Virus record (IMG/VR): IMGVR_UViG_3300038393_002515
Reading direction: 5' to 3' (one strand)
Source: a virus
Length of the DNA: 64,000 nucleotides
Position 1 is the stretch's first letter, and every line of letters begins with the position of its first letter. Shown piece after piece: positions 1 through 10,500 of this stretch. The notes beneath the pieces were generated by a model. It had not been told where the DNA came from and did not search any database. It worked only from the letters and a program-made list of their open reading frames with translations. The translations under genes and the position numbers were made by a program.

Positions 1-360
1 ATGGCGTCCGCGCCGCTGGCGACCATCCGTCCCGCCACTGCGCCCGGCCCCGTGTCCATGGCCGCCACCGACCTCCTCGACGCCCCCATGGACTGGTCCT
101 GGGAGCAGCTGCGCGACTACGTCATGCGCTCCATCGCCGAGCGCCACGGCCCCCAGCCACGCCACGAGTCGGCCAAGGTCAACTCGATCTTCAAGAGCTT
201 CGCCGACCGCTGGGGCAACCAGGCCGGGCCCATCGCGCGCTTCGCCTTCGAGCAGCAGGACGGCTTCTGGCGGTCCGCACCGGTCACCATCACCCGCTTC
301 ACCAAAGGCAACGACTCGTATTTCGCGGGGCCCATCAGCGAGCGGCTCGCCGATGTCTGA
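1..360 (+). CDS. hypothetical protein (possibly 5'-truncated by window edge)
   Basis: Reading frame is open from base 1 and GC3-rich. Its stop overlaps the next start (ATGTCTGA). Confidence 0.5.
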   Translation: MASAPLATIRPATAPGPVSMAATDLLDAPMDWSWEQLRDYVMRSIAERHGPQPRHESAKVNSIFKSFADRWGNQAGPIARFAFEQQDGFWRSAPVTITRFTKGNDSYFAGPISERLADV

Positions 361-664
361 GCTGTTCATGCTGCCCGCCGTGACCTTCCGCCCTGCCGAC
401 AGCGAGCCGACCTGCTGCCCCGACGCCTACCTCTGCCTCGGCGGCACCACTCCGGAGATGGAGTGCCCCCGCCACGGCGGCTTCGACGTCTGCTGCAGCC
501 AGCCCGAGCGCCACATCCCTCAGAACCGCGCCGTCTGGCACCAGAAGATGAGCAACTGGGAGCAGAACCTGCTCAACACGCACATCCAGCGGTTCAAGAT
601 CCTCCAGGCGTACGAGCTGGAAGACACCCCCTGCGCCGACAGCGTGCTCCGCAAGACCTTCTGA
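353..664 (+). CDS. hypothetical Cys-rich small protein
   Basis: ATG 353 overlaps the upstream stop. The protein has several Cys (TCCPD, CPRH, VCC). Confidence 0.5.
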   Translation: MSELFMLPAVTFRPADSEPTCCPDAYLCLGGTTPEMECPRHGGFDVCCSQPERHIPQNRAVWHQKMSNWEQNLLNTHIQRFKILQAYELEDTPCADSVLRKTF

Positions 665-711
665 TCCATCCTGCCCGGCCGCCACCGGGCCCTCATCAAG
701 GACCGCCAGCC

Positions 712-1560
712 TTGAAGCGACCGCCCCCGCCTCCGTCATGCCATCCGCTGTCCGACCCGGACTTCAACCGGCTCAAGGCCACCCGGCCCCGCCTGTGGAC
801 CGACCCCAAGAAGTCCTGCCTGACCTGCCTCAAGCGGGACGGCCAGACCTATCGCTGGTACGCCGACGACGCCGCAGGCCGCCGTACGGACGAGATCACC
901 ACCTACGAGTGCCAGTGCCAGCAGCAGTGGCTGATGCACCTCTGGTTCCTTAACGCGGGCATCCCGCTGAACTACCAGAGGCTGGGCTGGGACGACATCA
1001 AGGCGATCCCGGAGCACATCGTCTCCCAGGCCATGGACTACGCCCTGCAGGCGGCCCGCAACATCGCCGCAGGACGCAACCTCGTTCTGTGGTCCAAGGG
1101 CCCCGGCACCGGCAAGACGCTCCTCCTCGCGCTGTTGTGCAAGTTCCTCATGGCCAACGGATTCCAGGCTCACTTCTCCCAGTTCAACGACGTGCTCGAC
1201 CTGTTCACGTCCAGCTGGAGGGACAAGGACGAGAAGGAGCACTGGACGCGCCGCGTACGCAACGTGGACGTCCTCGCCATGGACGACATGGGCAAGGAGA
1301 ACAAGGGCCGGATCGACGTGGTCGACGACATGGTCGACCGCATCATCCGCTCCCGCGTCTCCGACGCCGCCCCCACGATCATCACCAGCAACCGCACCCC
1401 CGAAGAGATCCAGCAGGGTTACGGCGTCTACGCGATGAGCCTTCTCAGCGAGACCGCCGACTTCATCGAGGTCACCGGAGCCGACTACCGGCCCCAGCGA
1501 CGCGAACTCTCCCGCCAGGAAGCCGAACTCGGCCTGGCCCGACCCATCACGGCGGTATGA
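712..1560 (+). CDS. DnaC/IstB-like AAA+ ATPase (helicase loader)
   Basis: Walker A GPGTGKT, Walker B VLAMDD and ITSN sensor are present. The start is uncertain (TTG 712 after AAGGA); the Pro/Arg-rich N-extension of the 463 ORF looks non-coding. Confidence 0.7.
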   Translation: MKRPPPPPSCHPLSDPDFNRLKATRPRLWTDPKKSCLTCLKRDGQTYRWYADDAAGRRTDEITTYECQCQQQWLMHLWFLNAGIPLNYQRLGWDDIKAIPEHIVSQAMDYALQAARNIAAGRNLVLWSKGPGTGKTLLLALLCKFLMANGFQAHFSQFNDVLDLFTSSWRDKDEKEHWTRRVRNVDVLAMDDMGKENKGRIDVVDDMVDRIIRSRVSDAAPTIITSNRTPEEIQQGYGVYAMSLLSETADFIEVTGADYRPQRRELSRQEAELGLARPITAV

Positions 1561-1561
1561 C

Positions 1562-2215
1562 ATGAGCGACCTGTACGACTCCATCCCCAAGACCGTCGGC
1601 CAGGGGAGGGCCATCGTCGAAGCGGTCACTGCCTGGGAGGCCACCGCCGACAACCGGGTCACCCGACACTACGCGCCGAGGGCGGGCACCTCCGCCGTGA
1701 ACGCCGGTGAGCAGATCCGCGTCGTCGACCACAAGCTCCGCACCCTGCAGACCCTCCTGGGCACGTCGAAGACCGAACTCGACAAGCTGGAGGGCAGGCT
1801 CCGTGACCTCGTCCACGACTTCCGGGCCCCCGAGTCCGAGCTGGCCACCGCGAACCAGGCCTTGATCGACCTGCAGAAGCGCAACGACGCCATCATCAAG
1901 CAGTGCCGCGCCTGGAAGGAGCGCCTCGAACAGCAGCGCTACAGCGTTTCCACCGCGCTCGGTCTCGGTAGCGGCGCCCCCTGGCCCGAGATCTACAGGC
2001 GCGCGGCCGCCCTGGCCTCCGCCGTCAAGAAGGGCACCGAGGCACCTGTACAAGAAGACGTCCCCTTCCTGCGCCGTACCCCCGGCGATGCCATCCGCTA
2101 CTTCGCAGCCGAGATCATGAAGCACGCCGAGGACAACCCCTTCGTCGCGGGCTGCGCCATGGGCCTGCGCATGGTCGCCGACGACGTCGACAACCTGCCT
2201 CAGGGGCGCCCGTGA
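1562..2215 (+). CDS. hypothetical coiled-coil protein
   Basis: GC3-rich ORF that starts 1 nt after the upstream stop. Confidence 0.55.
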   Translation: MSDLYDSIPKTVGQGRAIVEAVTAWEATADNRVTRHYAPRAGTSAVNAGEQIRVVDHKLRTLQTLLGTSKTELDKLEGRLRDLVHDFRAPESELATANQALIDLQKRNDAIIKQCRAWKERLEQQRYSVSTALGLGSGAPWPEIYRRAAALASAVKKGTEAPVQEDVPFLRRTPGDAIRYFAAEIMKHAEDNPFVAGCAMGLRMVADDVDNLPQGRP

Positions 2216-3516
2216 GCCTGCACGCTGAGACCGTCCTCTACGCCAGCCTCACCGACGTAGACGCGCTGGAGGAGCTGGCCGATACCGGCCTGGAACCGGC
2301 GTGCATCCCGACGACCGGCATGCGCGACGTCGTCGACTGGGCGGTCTCCTACTTCTACCGCTCCGGCCGGAACAAGGCCCCCTCCCGCGAGCTCCTCATG
2401 GAGCAGTGGGGGCACCGGCTGGAGCAGTGCAACATCACGCTGCCCGACGAGGACCTGGAGCTCGACGACGTCGGCCCGGCGATCGAGTACCTGCAGTCCC
2501 AGTACGTCCTCGCCGAGTCCCAGCGCCTGCAACGTGAGATCGCTGTCGAGCTGGCGGGCGCCGAGCCGCACGAGCGCGTCGAGGCCGTCCACCGGGCCGC
2601 CGCCGCCTTCCAGCAGCTGTCCATGTCGGTCCGCAACCGCAAGGACGAGGTCGAGGGCGTCCAAGGCCTTCGAGACAGCCTCGCCCGCTACGACCAGCGC
2701 GCGGCCGCCCCGAAGGTCATCACCGGCATGTCCGTCGGCATGGACGCCGTCGACCAGCACACCCTCGGCATCCACGAAGGGGAGATCTGCGCATGGTGCG
2801 CACCCCCCAAGGGGGCCAAGTCCTGGTCGGCCAGCCATGTCGCGCACAACGAGTGGAAGCGCGGTCGCGTCACCGTGCTGTACACGCTGGAGAACAGCGT
2901 GACGATGACGTACGACCGGCTCGCCTGCCAGATCTGCTGCGTCGACTACCGCGAGTACCAGAAGGGCACCTGTACGCCCGAGGACGTCGACCGAGTCCGC
3001 ACCTGGCTCGCCGAGAACGAGCAGGACCTGAAGGACGGCCTGCACGTCCTCTCTCCGGACGCCAGCCTGCGCACTCCCACCACGCTCATCCGGCAGGCCC
3101 AGTCCTACGGCGCGAAGTCGATCATCATCGACCAGCTCTCCCACATCCAGCACCCCAGCCCGAACGCCCGGCGACCCAAGCACGAAACCATCGCAGAGAT
3201 CATGAACGAGCTGTCCCAGCTCATCACCACCGGCCGCTACACCCCGCCGGTGTTCCTGAACTGCCAGATCAACCGCGAAGGTGTCGCCGCTGCTCAGAAG
3301 GAAGGGCGGTTGGAGATGAGGCACATCGCCGACTCCGCCGCGATCGAGCGCTACAGCTCCTGGGTGTTCGGCCTCATCCGCTCAGAAACCGAGGTAGCCG
3401 CCGGTATGGCCACCCTGCAGATGCTCGCGTCCCGACGCATGGACCTGACCAACTGGCGCTGCGCCTGGGAGCCCTGGTACGGCACCCAGCACGTCCTCGG
3501 CGAGGTGACCCTGTGA
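2212..3516 (+). CDS. dnaB: DnaB-family replicative helicase
   Basis: Walker A APPKGAKS, Walker B IIIDQLSH, and the CQINREG and DSAAIERYS motifs of the DnaB C-domain. GTGA overlaps at both ends. Confidence 0.8.
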   Translation: MSLHAETVLYASLTDVDALEELADTGLEPACIPTTGMRDVVDWAVSYFYRSGRNKAPSRELLMEQWGHRLEQCNITLPDEDLELDDVGPAIEYLQSQYVLAESQRLQREIAVELAGAEPHERVEAVHRAAAAFQQLSMSVRNRKDEVEGVQGLRDSLARYDQRAAAPKVITGMSVGMDAVDQHTLGIHEGEICAWCAPPKGAKSWSASHVAHNEWKRGRVTVLYTLENSVTMTYDRLACQICCVDYREYQKGTCTPEDVDRVRTWLAENEQDLKDGLHVLSPDASLRTPTTLIRQAQSYGAKSIIIDQLSHIQHPSPNARRPKHETIAEIMNELSQLITTGRYTPPVFLNCQINREGVAAAQKEGRLEMRHIADSAAIERYSSWVFGLIRSETEVAAGMATLQMLASRRMDLTNWRCAWEPWYGTQHVLGEVTL

Positions 3517-4118
3517 TCGCCTACGCCTTCCCTTGCGCCCGTCACCCCGAGTGGTTCGACACCGGCAAGACGCGCGAGACCAAGGCCGCCCGCAAGGCCC
3601 TCCGGATCTGCGAGACCTGCCCTGCGAAGCTCTCCTGCCGCCGCGCTGGCCGCGAGGGCCGCGAGTGGGGCATCTGGGGCGGAGAGACCCAGTCCGAGCG
3701 CTGGGCCGCCCTCGGTATCACCGAGGCGGACATCATCCCGCCGGACTGCGGCAACGAGATGGCCTACCGCCGTCACAAGGAACTCGGCGAGACGTGCGAG
3801 CCCTGCCGCCTGGCCCACAACGCACGCCAGCAGGCCTACAAGGAGGCCGCAGCAGAGCGCAAGCGCAAAGAGAAGGCGGAGGCGGACGCCCGCCGCGCCG
3901 AGGAACAGAAGCAGTTCGCCGAGATCCCCGGCAGCCGGATCAACCCCTTCCACGCACCGCTCCGGCCCATCTGCGGCTCCGAACGCGGCTACCGTGCCCA
4001 CTTCAAGAAGGCTGAACTCCAGCTCGCTCCGCACCCGGAGTGCACTTGCCGCGAAGCCCACCGTGCCCTGCGCGCCACGGAGCGCGCCGTTCAGAAGGAA
4101 GCGAAGGCTGCCGCATGA
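3513..4118 (+). CDS. WhiB-like (Wbl) Fe-S transcription factor with long C-terminal extension
   Basis: C8-x24-C33-x2-C36-x5-C42 followed by GIWGG. The GTG start overlaps the dnaB stop. Confidence 0.8.
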   Translation: MIAYAFPCARHPEWFDTGKTRETKAARKALRICETCPAKLSCRRAGREGREWGIWGGETQSERWAALGITEADIIPPDCGNEMAYRRHKELGETCEPCRLAHNARQQAYKEAAAERKRKEKAEADARRAEEQKQFAEIPGSRINPFHAPLRPICGSERGYRAHFKKAELQLAPHPECTCREAHRALRATERAVQKEAKAAA

Positions 4119-4414
4119 CCTGCACCGCGCGCGGCCCGTGGCTCGTTGCCTTCACCGGCGACCCCGAGAGCCGCTGCCCAAAGTGCCTCACCCAGTTCCC
4201 CGTCACCGAGTACCACGACACCGTGGTCGTCGGCATGTGCAAGGAACGCCGCGACGCCATCGTCGCGATGTCCGAGGAGCCCGACCAGGTCCCTGATGAG
4301 ACCACCGAGCACCTCTGTCGGGGCTGTGCTGGCTGCGGATATGTCTGGAGCGAGCGAGTGGCCACCTCAGCCGACCTGGCCCGCGTCAAGGCGGCCTCCT
4401 CCTATGACGACTGA
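4115..4414 (+). CDS. small zinc-ribbon protein
   Basis: ATGA overlap with the upstream gene. Carries CPKC and CRGCAGC pairs. Confidence 0.55.
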   Translation: MTCTARGPWLVAFTGDPESRCPKCLTQFPVTEYHDTVVVGMCKERRDAIVAMSEEPDQVPDETTEHLCRGCAGCGYVWSERVATSADLARVKAASSYDD

Positions 4415-5495
4415 CCTCGACCAGCTGGCTGCGCTCCCCGACGAGCACAAGGCCCAGCTCGCCAAGGACGTCCTCGACTCCCTCGGCATCCAGGTCAAGC
4501 GGCAGGTCCGCGACGAGCTGATCATCCCGTGCCCGGTCGGCCTCTTCCACAACGACCAGGAACGCAACCCCACCGCCGCCCTGTCGGCATCGAAGCTACT
4601 TTTTAATTGTTTGGGCTGCCAGTCCAGCGGCACCATCCTCTGGCTCATCGCCACGGTGCGCGGCGACACCACCATCGACCAGGCCCGCGAATGGCTCCTG
4701 GGCGAAGCCGGACTCACCCGCGCCGTCGGCCTGCCCGACATGCTCAGCTTCTTCGACGCCCTCTACACCCCCAAGGCCCGGCCGCCCATGCCGGTCTACA
4801 GCGACCGCATGCTGGAGCGCTGGGAGGGCATCGACGGCTACATCCTCGACGACCGCCAGATCCCCATCGACACGGCCATCCGCATGCGCCTGTGCACCGA
4901 CCCCGACGGCTACGTCGACCGGCTGCGCACCGGCCCCCGCGCCGTCATCCCGCACTACTGGAGAGGCGACCTCGTCGGCTGGCAGTCCCGCCGCCTGCCC
5001 GGCGCCGACCCCACCGCACCGAAGTACCTGTCCACTCCGGCCTTCCCCCGCGACGAGACGATCTTCGACTACCGACCCCTGCGGACCGAGGTCGTCGTCG
5101 TCGAGTCACCCATGAGCCAGCTTCGCCACCAGCACCACAGCGACGTCGAGGGCACCTTCGGCGCTGTCGTTACCGACGAGCAGATCAAGCACCTGGTCAA
5201 CGGCCGTAAGAAGCTCATCTGGTTCATGGACAACGACCCCGCCGGGTGGCGCGCCGTCGCGGGCCGCACCTTCAACGGCCGGTTCTTCCCTGGCGCCCCC
5301 GAGCGGGCCTCCCGCTGGTGCCAGAACTGGGTCGTCCAGAGCCCCTTCGCCGCCGACCCCGCCGAGATGTCCGACGAGATGTACGACGTCCTCGTCAACG
5401 AGCATGCGGTGCCCTGGCAGGTCTGGGAGCAGCCGAAGGTCCTGTACTGCCACCGCTGCTTCCAGCCCGACCACCCTGGCCGGTGCGCTGTCTGA
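4404..5495 (+). CDS. dnaG: DnaG-like DNA primase (CHC2 zinc finger + TOPRIM)
   Basis: CPVGLFHND...CLGC zinc finger. TOPRIM Glu in VVVVESPMS and DxD in FMDNDPAG. Confidence 0.8.
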   Translation: MTTDLDQLAALPDEHKAQLAKDVLDSLGIQVKRQVRDELIIPCPVGLFHNDQERNPTAALSASKLLFNCLGCQSSGTILWLIATVRGDTTIDQAREWLLGEAGLTRAVGLPDMLSFFDALYTPKARPPMPVYSDRMLERWEGIDGYILDDRQIPIDTAIRMRLCTDPDGYVDRLRTGPRAVIPHYWRGDLVGWQSRRLPGADPTAPKYLSTPAFPRDETIFDYRPLRTEVVVVESPMSQLRHQHHSDVEGTFGAVVTDEQIKHLVNGRKKLIWFMDNDPAGWRAVAGRTFNGRFFPGAPERASRWCQNWVVQSPFAADPAEMSDEMYDVLVNEHAVPWQVWEQPKVLYCHRCFQPDHPGRCAV

Positions 5496-5537
5496 CCCGG
5501 GGCCAGAAGCCGAAGGGGTGACCCCAGGGAGGCACGT

Positions 5538-5684
5538 ATGCTCAAGTTCGGCACCGGCACGATCACTGCCGTGGCGAAGGACAACGAAGAGGGCCAGCTG
5601 GTCCGCACCGCCGTGGCGCTCAGCGAGGCGGAGCGCGCGGGCATCCTCGCGGAGGGCGAGGAGGCGGAGGGCGAGGGGGAGTAG
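5538..5684 (+). CDS. small acidic protein (48 aa)
   Basis: AGGGAGG SD precedes ATG 5538. GC3-rich; too short to appear in the ORF track. Confidence 0.4.
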   Translation: MLKFGTGTITAVAKDNEEGQLVRTAVALSEAERAGILAEGEEAEGEGE

Positions 5685-5687
5685 GCG

Positions 5688-6437
5688 ATGACGGGACTGC
5701 GGATCAAAGGCCGTCCCGAGCACATCATCATCTCCACCAGCACCGCCATGGTACCGGCGCCATCCCGTCCGGAGCCGGTCGTCCACGACGTCAACGGCTA
5801 CTACGCCCGGCTCGGCGTGCTGCCGACCGCTAGCAAGCGGGAGATCCGCGAGGCGTACCAGGCCCTCGGCGGCCCTGACGACGCCGAGCTGACCGAGATC
5901 TTCAAGGTGCTCATCAACGCCAAGCGCCGGGCCGCGTACGACCGCATGCAGTCCGGCAGCACCTTCGTCGATCGGTCCTCGGTCCAGGCGATCCTGCGCC
6001 AGGCTGCCGCTCAGGCCTCCCGGGAGAACGCCGAATACGGCACCGGAAGGACCGCCAGAGACATTATTGAAACTCTGGCCGAGGAGACGGAAAATCCGCT
6101 CCTCCGATTTCTTGCTTCGGGTTCCGCCGAAGGCTTTGATGATGACGGAGACGGGGACCGCCATCCCCCATCCAACCCCCCGGCCACATGGCCGTACTCC
6201 TACCTTCTACTGGCCTCTACCTGCGACGACGTCGGCAGGCTGGCCCGGTGGCGGGAAGGGCTCGCGCAGGCCCTGACGGGCCGTGGATGCACCCACTTCG
6301 CCGTGGGATTCCACGCCTCCAATGACCTGCCGTTCCTTGTGGTGCGAGACATCGGAATTCCCGTCGTCTTTCTCCACGAACGGGCCATAGTGACCGGGGA
6401 GTTGATTACGGCAGCCGCCACTGCCGTCGTCGCATAA
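5688..6437 (+). CDS. J-domain-like protein (HPD replaced by GPD)
   Basis: YYARLGVLPTASKREIREAYQAL..GPDD...AKRRAAYD resembles the DnaJ J-domain helices. The 3' third has atypical codon usage. Confidence 0.45.
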   Translation: MTGLRIKGRPEHIIISTSTAMVPAPSRPEPVVHDVNGYYARLGVLPTASKREIREAYQALGGPDDAELTEIFKVLINAKRRAAYDRMQSGSTFVDRSSVQAILRQAAAQASRENAEYGTGRTARDIIETLAEETENPLLRFLASGSAEGFDDDGDGDRHPPSNPPATWPYSYLLLASTCDDVGRLARWREGLAQALTGRGCTHFAVGFHASNDLPFLVVRDIGIPVVFLHERAIVTGELITAAATAVVA

Positions 6438-6475
6438 CCGGCTTCACCGCCCCATCAAGATCATCAGGAGCCTTC

Positions 6476-7456
6476 GTGACCGCCAACACGAACTCTGCCC
6501 CCATCAGCTTCCGCCGTGGTGGTACCGCCGCCGAGCAGGCCGAGAAGGAGGCCAACGTCTCCTCGTCCGGCCGCCGTGGCCCCGACTTCTTCGGCCTCAA
6601 GGACGACGGCGAGTCGACCGTCCTGCGCCTGCTGACCGACCACGACGACTGGATCTGGGTCGACCAGCACTCTTTCGTCCCCACCAAGCCGGGCCCCAAG
6701 GACGCCGAGAAGTGGCCCAAGGCCATGACCTCGGTCTGCCGCTACGACAAGGCCTTCACCGGCCACTACGGCGACTGCTACATCTGCGACGCCAAGCTCA
6801 AGAACTCCTTCGGCAAGCAGGCGACCCCCCGCGTCCGCGTCTGGGCCCTCGCCATCGAGCGAGAGCTGGTGCGCGGCGACGGCAGCGAGGCCCTCGGCGG
6901 CCCGGCCAAGCAGGGCGTCGTCATCGGCGTCCGCGACAAGATCGACGAGGTCGACGAACTCGACGCCAACGGCAAGCCGACCGGCAACAAGCTGAACTAC
7001 CCCCGCATCCTCGTCATCAACATGCCGATGAAGGGGTTCTTCAGCCACCTCAAGGCCCTCCACGGCCTGTACGGCACCGTCTCCGACCGGGACTTCTCCA
7101 TCACCCGCAGCGGCACCGGCACCGAGACCGAGTACAAGATCGTCCCGATCGACCCGATCCCGGACGTCCGACCCGGCACCCCCGCCTGGGAGAAGTACCT
7201 CCAGGCCGTCAACGAGCGCGGCATCTCCCTGGAGGAGATCGTCGGCGACAAGGCCACCGACGAGTACTACGCCCGCTTCTTCGACCCGACCAAGTCGGTC
7301 GAAAAGGACGGCACCGTCACCGCCGCCACGGCCACCACCGGAGGCATGGTGAACCTCCCGGCCGCCGACGCCAGCGGCCCGGCGAACATCTCCGACGACC
7401 TGCGCAGCCGCATCCAGATGCTCGGCACACCGCAGCAGGGCGCCGCAGCCGCCTGA
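6476..7456 (+). CDS. putative ssDNA-binding protein (gp32-like His/Cys3 module)
   Basis: H...C-x13-C-x2-C pattern (QHSF..SVCRYD..GDCYICD). It sits between the primase and polymerase genes. Confidence 0.35.
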   Translation: MTANTNSAPISFRRGGTAAEQAEKEANVSSSGRRGPDFFGLKDDGESTVLRLLTDHDDWIWVDQHSFVPTKPGPKDAEKWPKAMTSVCRYDKAFTGHYGDCYICDAKLKNSFGKQATPRVRVWALAIERELVRGDGSEALGGPAKQGVVIGVRDKIDEVDELDANGKPTGNKLNYPRILVINMPMKGFFSHLKALHGLYGTVSDRDFSITRSGTGTETEYKIVPIDPIPDVRPGTPAWEKYLQAVNERGISLEEIVGDKATDEYYARFFDPTKSVEKDGTVTAATATTGGMVNLPAADASGPANISDDLRSRIQMLGTPQQGAAAA

Positions 7457-7472
7457 CCCAGGCACACAGACA

Positions 7473-7561
7473 CCGGTCCGCCCCGGGTGCCCGTCAGATA
7501 CGGGCCCAGCCCTCCTCACGCCAAAGCTACGGGCTGCGTTGTTCCACCCGGGGCGGACCGG
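7473..7561 (+). promoter_or_regulatory. 89-nt intercistronic three-way structured element
   Basis: Perfect 15-bp outer inverted repeat CCGGTCCGCCCCGGG/CCCGGGGCGGACCGG encloses two hairpins (7489-7505 and 7507-7536). Confidence 0.45.
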
Positions 7562-7598
7562 GCCATCTTCAACACCCTTCAGCGCAAGGACCCACCAC

Positions 7599-10500
7599 GT
7601 GCTGCGCATCATCACCTCCTACGCCCATGAGCGCTTCCCCGGAGCCGAACACCGCGTCGGCAATCTGAAGCTGCACCTGCCCGCCCTTGTCGAGCACGAG
7701 GACGACGGCACTCGCTGGCTGCTCGTCCCCGGCTACATACCCACCGACGTCTCCGTGTCCGTATGGGCCCGCGCTGTCAAAGACGGCGCAGCCGGGATCA
7801 TGCACACCCTGCAGGACGGTGTGGGCGCCGTTCCGGCCCACCGCCTGGAAGAAGACGCCCAGAACCTCGGCAACGGGACTATGCGGCTCTCCTACCGCTA
7901 CAGTGCCCTCTTCTCCGACGCCGACGGCATCCCGACGTACCACGAGGTCCTCGACCAGCTCGAAGCCAAGCAGGACCCGCCGAAGGCGGCCGCCGGGTTC
8001 GTGCACCTGCACACCCACAGCGAGTACAGCCCCCTCGACGGCCTGTCCCGCATGGACGAGATCGTCCGTGAGGTCACCGCCCACGGTCAGACGGCTGTCG
8101 CCATCACCGACCACGGCACCTGCGCCGGGCACCCCGAGCTGCAGCGCGCGGCCGACAAGGCCGGGGTCAAGCCGATCTTCGGTATCGAGGCGTACCTGTG
8201 CGACGACCGCGTCATTCGCGCCGAGCCCGGAGACAAGGAGCTGCAGGCCAAGCTCCGCAACGACTACTGGCACGTCTGCCTGTTCGCCCAGGACAACACC
8301 GGCCTGCGCAACATCTGGGCCGCCAGCACCGAGAGCTTCCGCGACGGCTTCTACCACCGGCCCCGCATGGACTGGGACACCCTCGGCCGGTTCAACGAGG
8401 GCGTCATCGCCTCCACCGGCTGCCTGCGCGGCCCCGTGGCCGTAGCCATCAAGAACGGCGACGCCGACCTGGCCCGCCAGCGCCTGACCCGGCTCATGGA
8501 CCTCTACCCGGGCCGCCTGTACGTCGAGCTGCAGCCCAACGACATGCCCGACCAGGTCAAGCTCAACACGACCCTGGTCGCCCTGGCCCGCGAGTTCCAC
8601 CTGCCGCTGCTGGCCACCGTCGACTCCCACTTCCCGACCGCCGACGACGCCCACGCCCACGACGTCTGGATCGCCTGCCAGACCAACAAGGACGTCCAGG
8701 ACGAAGGCGACCTCTTCGCCGAGGACCTGAACCTCTACGTGATGGGCGAGGACGAGGTCCGCGCCGGACTGGCCTACCTCGGCCAGGACGTCGTCGAGGA
8801 GTCCATCGCCAACACCCGGGCGCTGGCAGACCGCTGCACCGCCCGTATCGAGGGCGAGACCACCACCCCGTCCTTCACCGGCACGCCGAAGCAGGACGAA
8901 GAGCGCCTGTGGCGGCTGATCGAGGACAACTGGGACCGCCTTCCGATCACCGACGAAGCCTCCCGGAAGACCTATATCGATCGCGTCGCCAGAGAGATGT
9001 CTCTCCTTGTCGACAAAGGCTTCTGCGGCTACTACCTGATGGTCGCCGACTACTGCGCCTGGGCGAAGGACAACGGCATCCTCGTCGGCCCCGGGCGTGG
9101 CTCCGGCGGCGGCTCGCTGGTCGCCTACCTCGCCCGCATCACCTCGCTGGACCCGGTCAAGCACGATCTTCTCTTCGAGCGATTCCTGACGCGCGGCCGG
9201 GCGGGCCTCCCGGACTTCGACGTCGACTTCCCCGCCAGCAAGAAGGCCGAGATCCTCGGCTACCTCCGCGAACGCTGGGGTGAGCGCAACGTCGTCTCCA
9301 TCGGTTCCGAGCTGCGCCTGAAGAACAAGGCGGTCATCAACGAGCTGGTCCGCGCGCTGGCCTCCTCCCTGCCCGAGGGCGCCGCCGCCGACCTGCGCCA
9401 GGTCTCCACCCTGATCGACGAGGCCGAGGCGGGCACGGCCGGGCTCGGCATGTCCTGGGAGGACCTCTGGGTCCAGCACGGCGAGCAGCTGCAGCCGTTC
9501 GCCGACCGCTACCCCGAGCTGTTCGCCATGGCCGAGCGCCTGGTCGGCCGCCTGAAGAGCTACGGCCGTCACGCGGCCGGTGTCGTTATCTCCACCGGCG
9601 CCCCGCTCACCGACTGGCTGCCGATGCGCACCATCGACGGCGAAGAGCAGATGGTGACGCAGTGGGCCATGGGCGACGTCGAGGCGATCGGACTGGTCAA
9701 ATTCGACATTTTGACCCTGCGCACCCTGGACACCATCCAGGAGACCCTCGACCTGGTCCGCGCCCAGCGCCGGTACGAGATCGACCTGGAGGCGTGGGAG
9801 GCCGAGTTCGAGGACCCCCTGGTCTGGGAGGAGTTGCAGGCCGCTCACACCCTCGGCGTCTTCCAGATCGAGACCCACAGCGGAACCAGGCTGTGTGAGC
9901 GGATGCGGCCTCAGAACGTCGCTGAGCTGGCCGACATGGTCACCATCGTCCGGCCCGGCCCGATGAACTCCGGCCTGACCGACCTCTATCTGCGCCGCCG
10001 CGCGGGGGAGCAGGCCGTCTCCTACCCCGACCCGCGCCTGGAGCAGGTCCTGGCGCCCACCTACGGCGCGATGATCTACCAGGAGCAGGTCATGGCCGTC
10101 ACCCGCCTGCTGGCCGGGTACGACGAGTCCGAGGCCGACGGCGTCCGCAGGATCTTGGGCAAGAAGAAGGTCTCCGCCATTGCCGACGCCGGGCAGGAGT
10201 TCCTCTCCCGGGTCGACATGCCTCGCGAGCAGGCAGAACGCCTGTGGGCCCAGATGGCTGAGTTCTCGAAGTACGGCTTCAACAAGTCCCACGCCTACGC
10301 GTACGCGTTCCTCGCGTTCTGGACCGCGTTCCTCAAGGTCAACTACCCCCGTGAGTTCCTCGTCGCCGCCATGAGCACCGTCGACAAGGACCGCGTCCCG
10401 GAGTTCGTCAAGGAAGCCCGGCGCCTGGACGTCGAGGTCCTCCCGCCGGACATCAACACCTCCGGCCCCGGCTTCACCGCCGACCCCGAGCGCTACGCCG

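Noticed and set aside
463-711. Pro/Arg-rich N-terminal extension of the DnaC-like ORF
   Set aside because: It overlaps the better ORF 353..664 and has off-frame composition, so an internal start was chosen instead.
2793-4118. 441-aa ORF spanning dnaB out of frame
   Set aside because: Only the last 606 nt (from GTG 3513) look coding and contain the WhiB motif. The upstream part is Arg/Pro-rich off-frame translation of dnaB.
4594-4613. AT-rich rare-codon patch (cta ctt ttt aat tgt ttg) inside the primase zinc finger
   Set aside because: It is in frame and encodes the conserved LLFNCLGC finger. It is probably just local codon drift, and I found no supporting promoter or structure signals.
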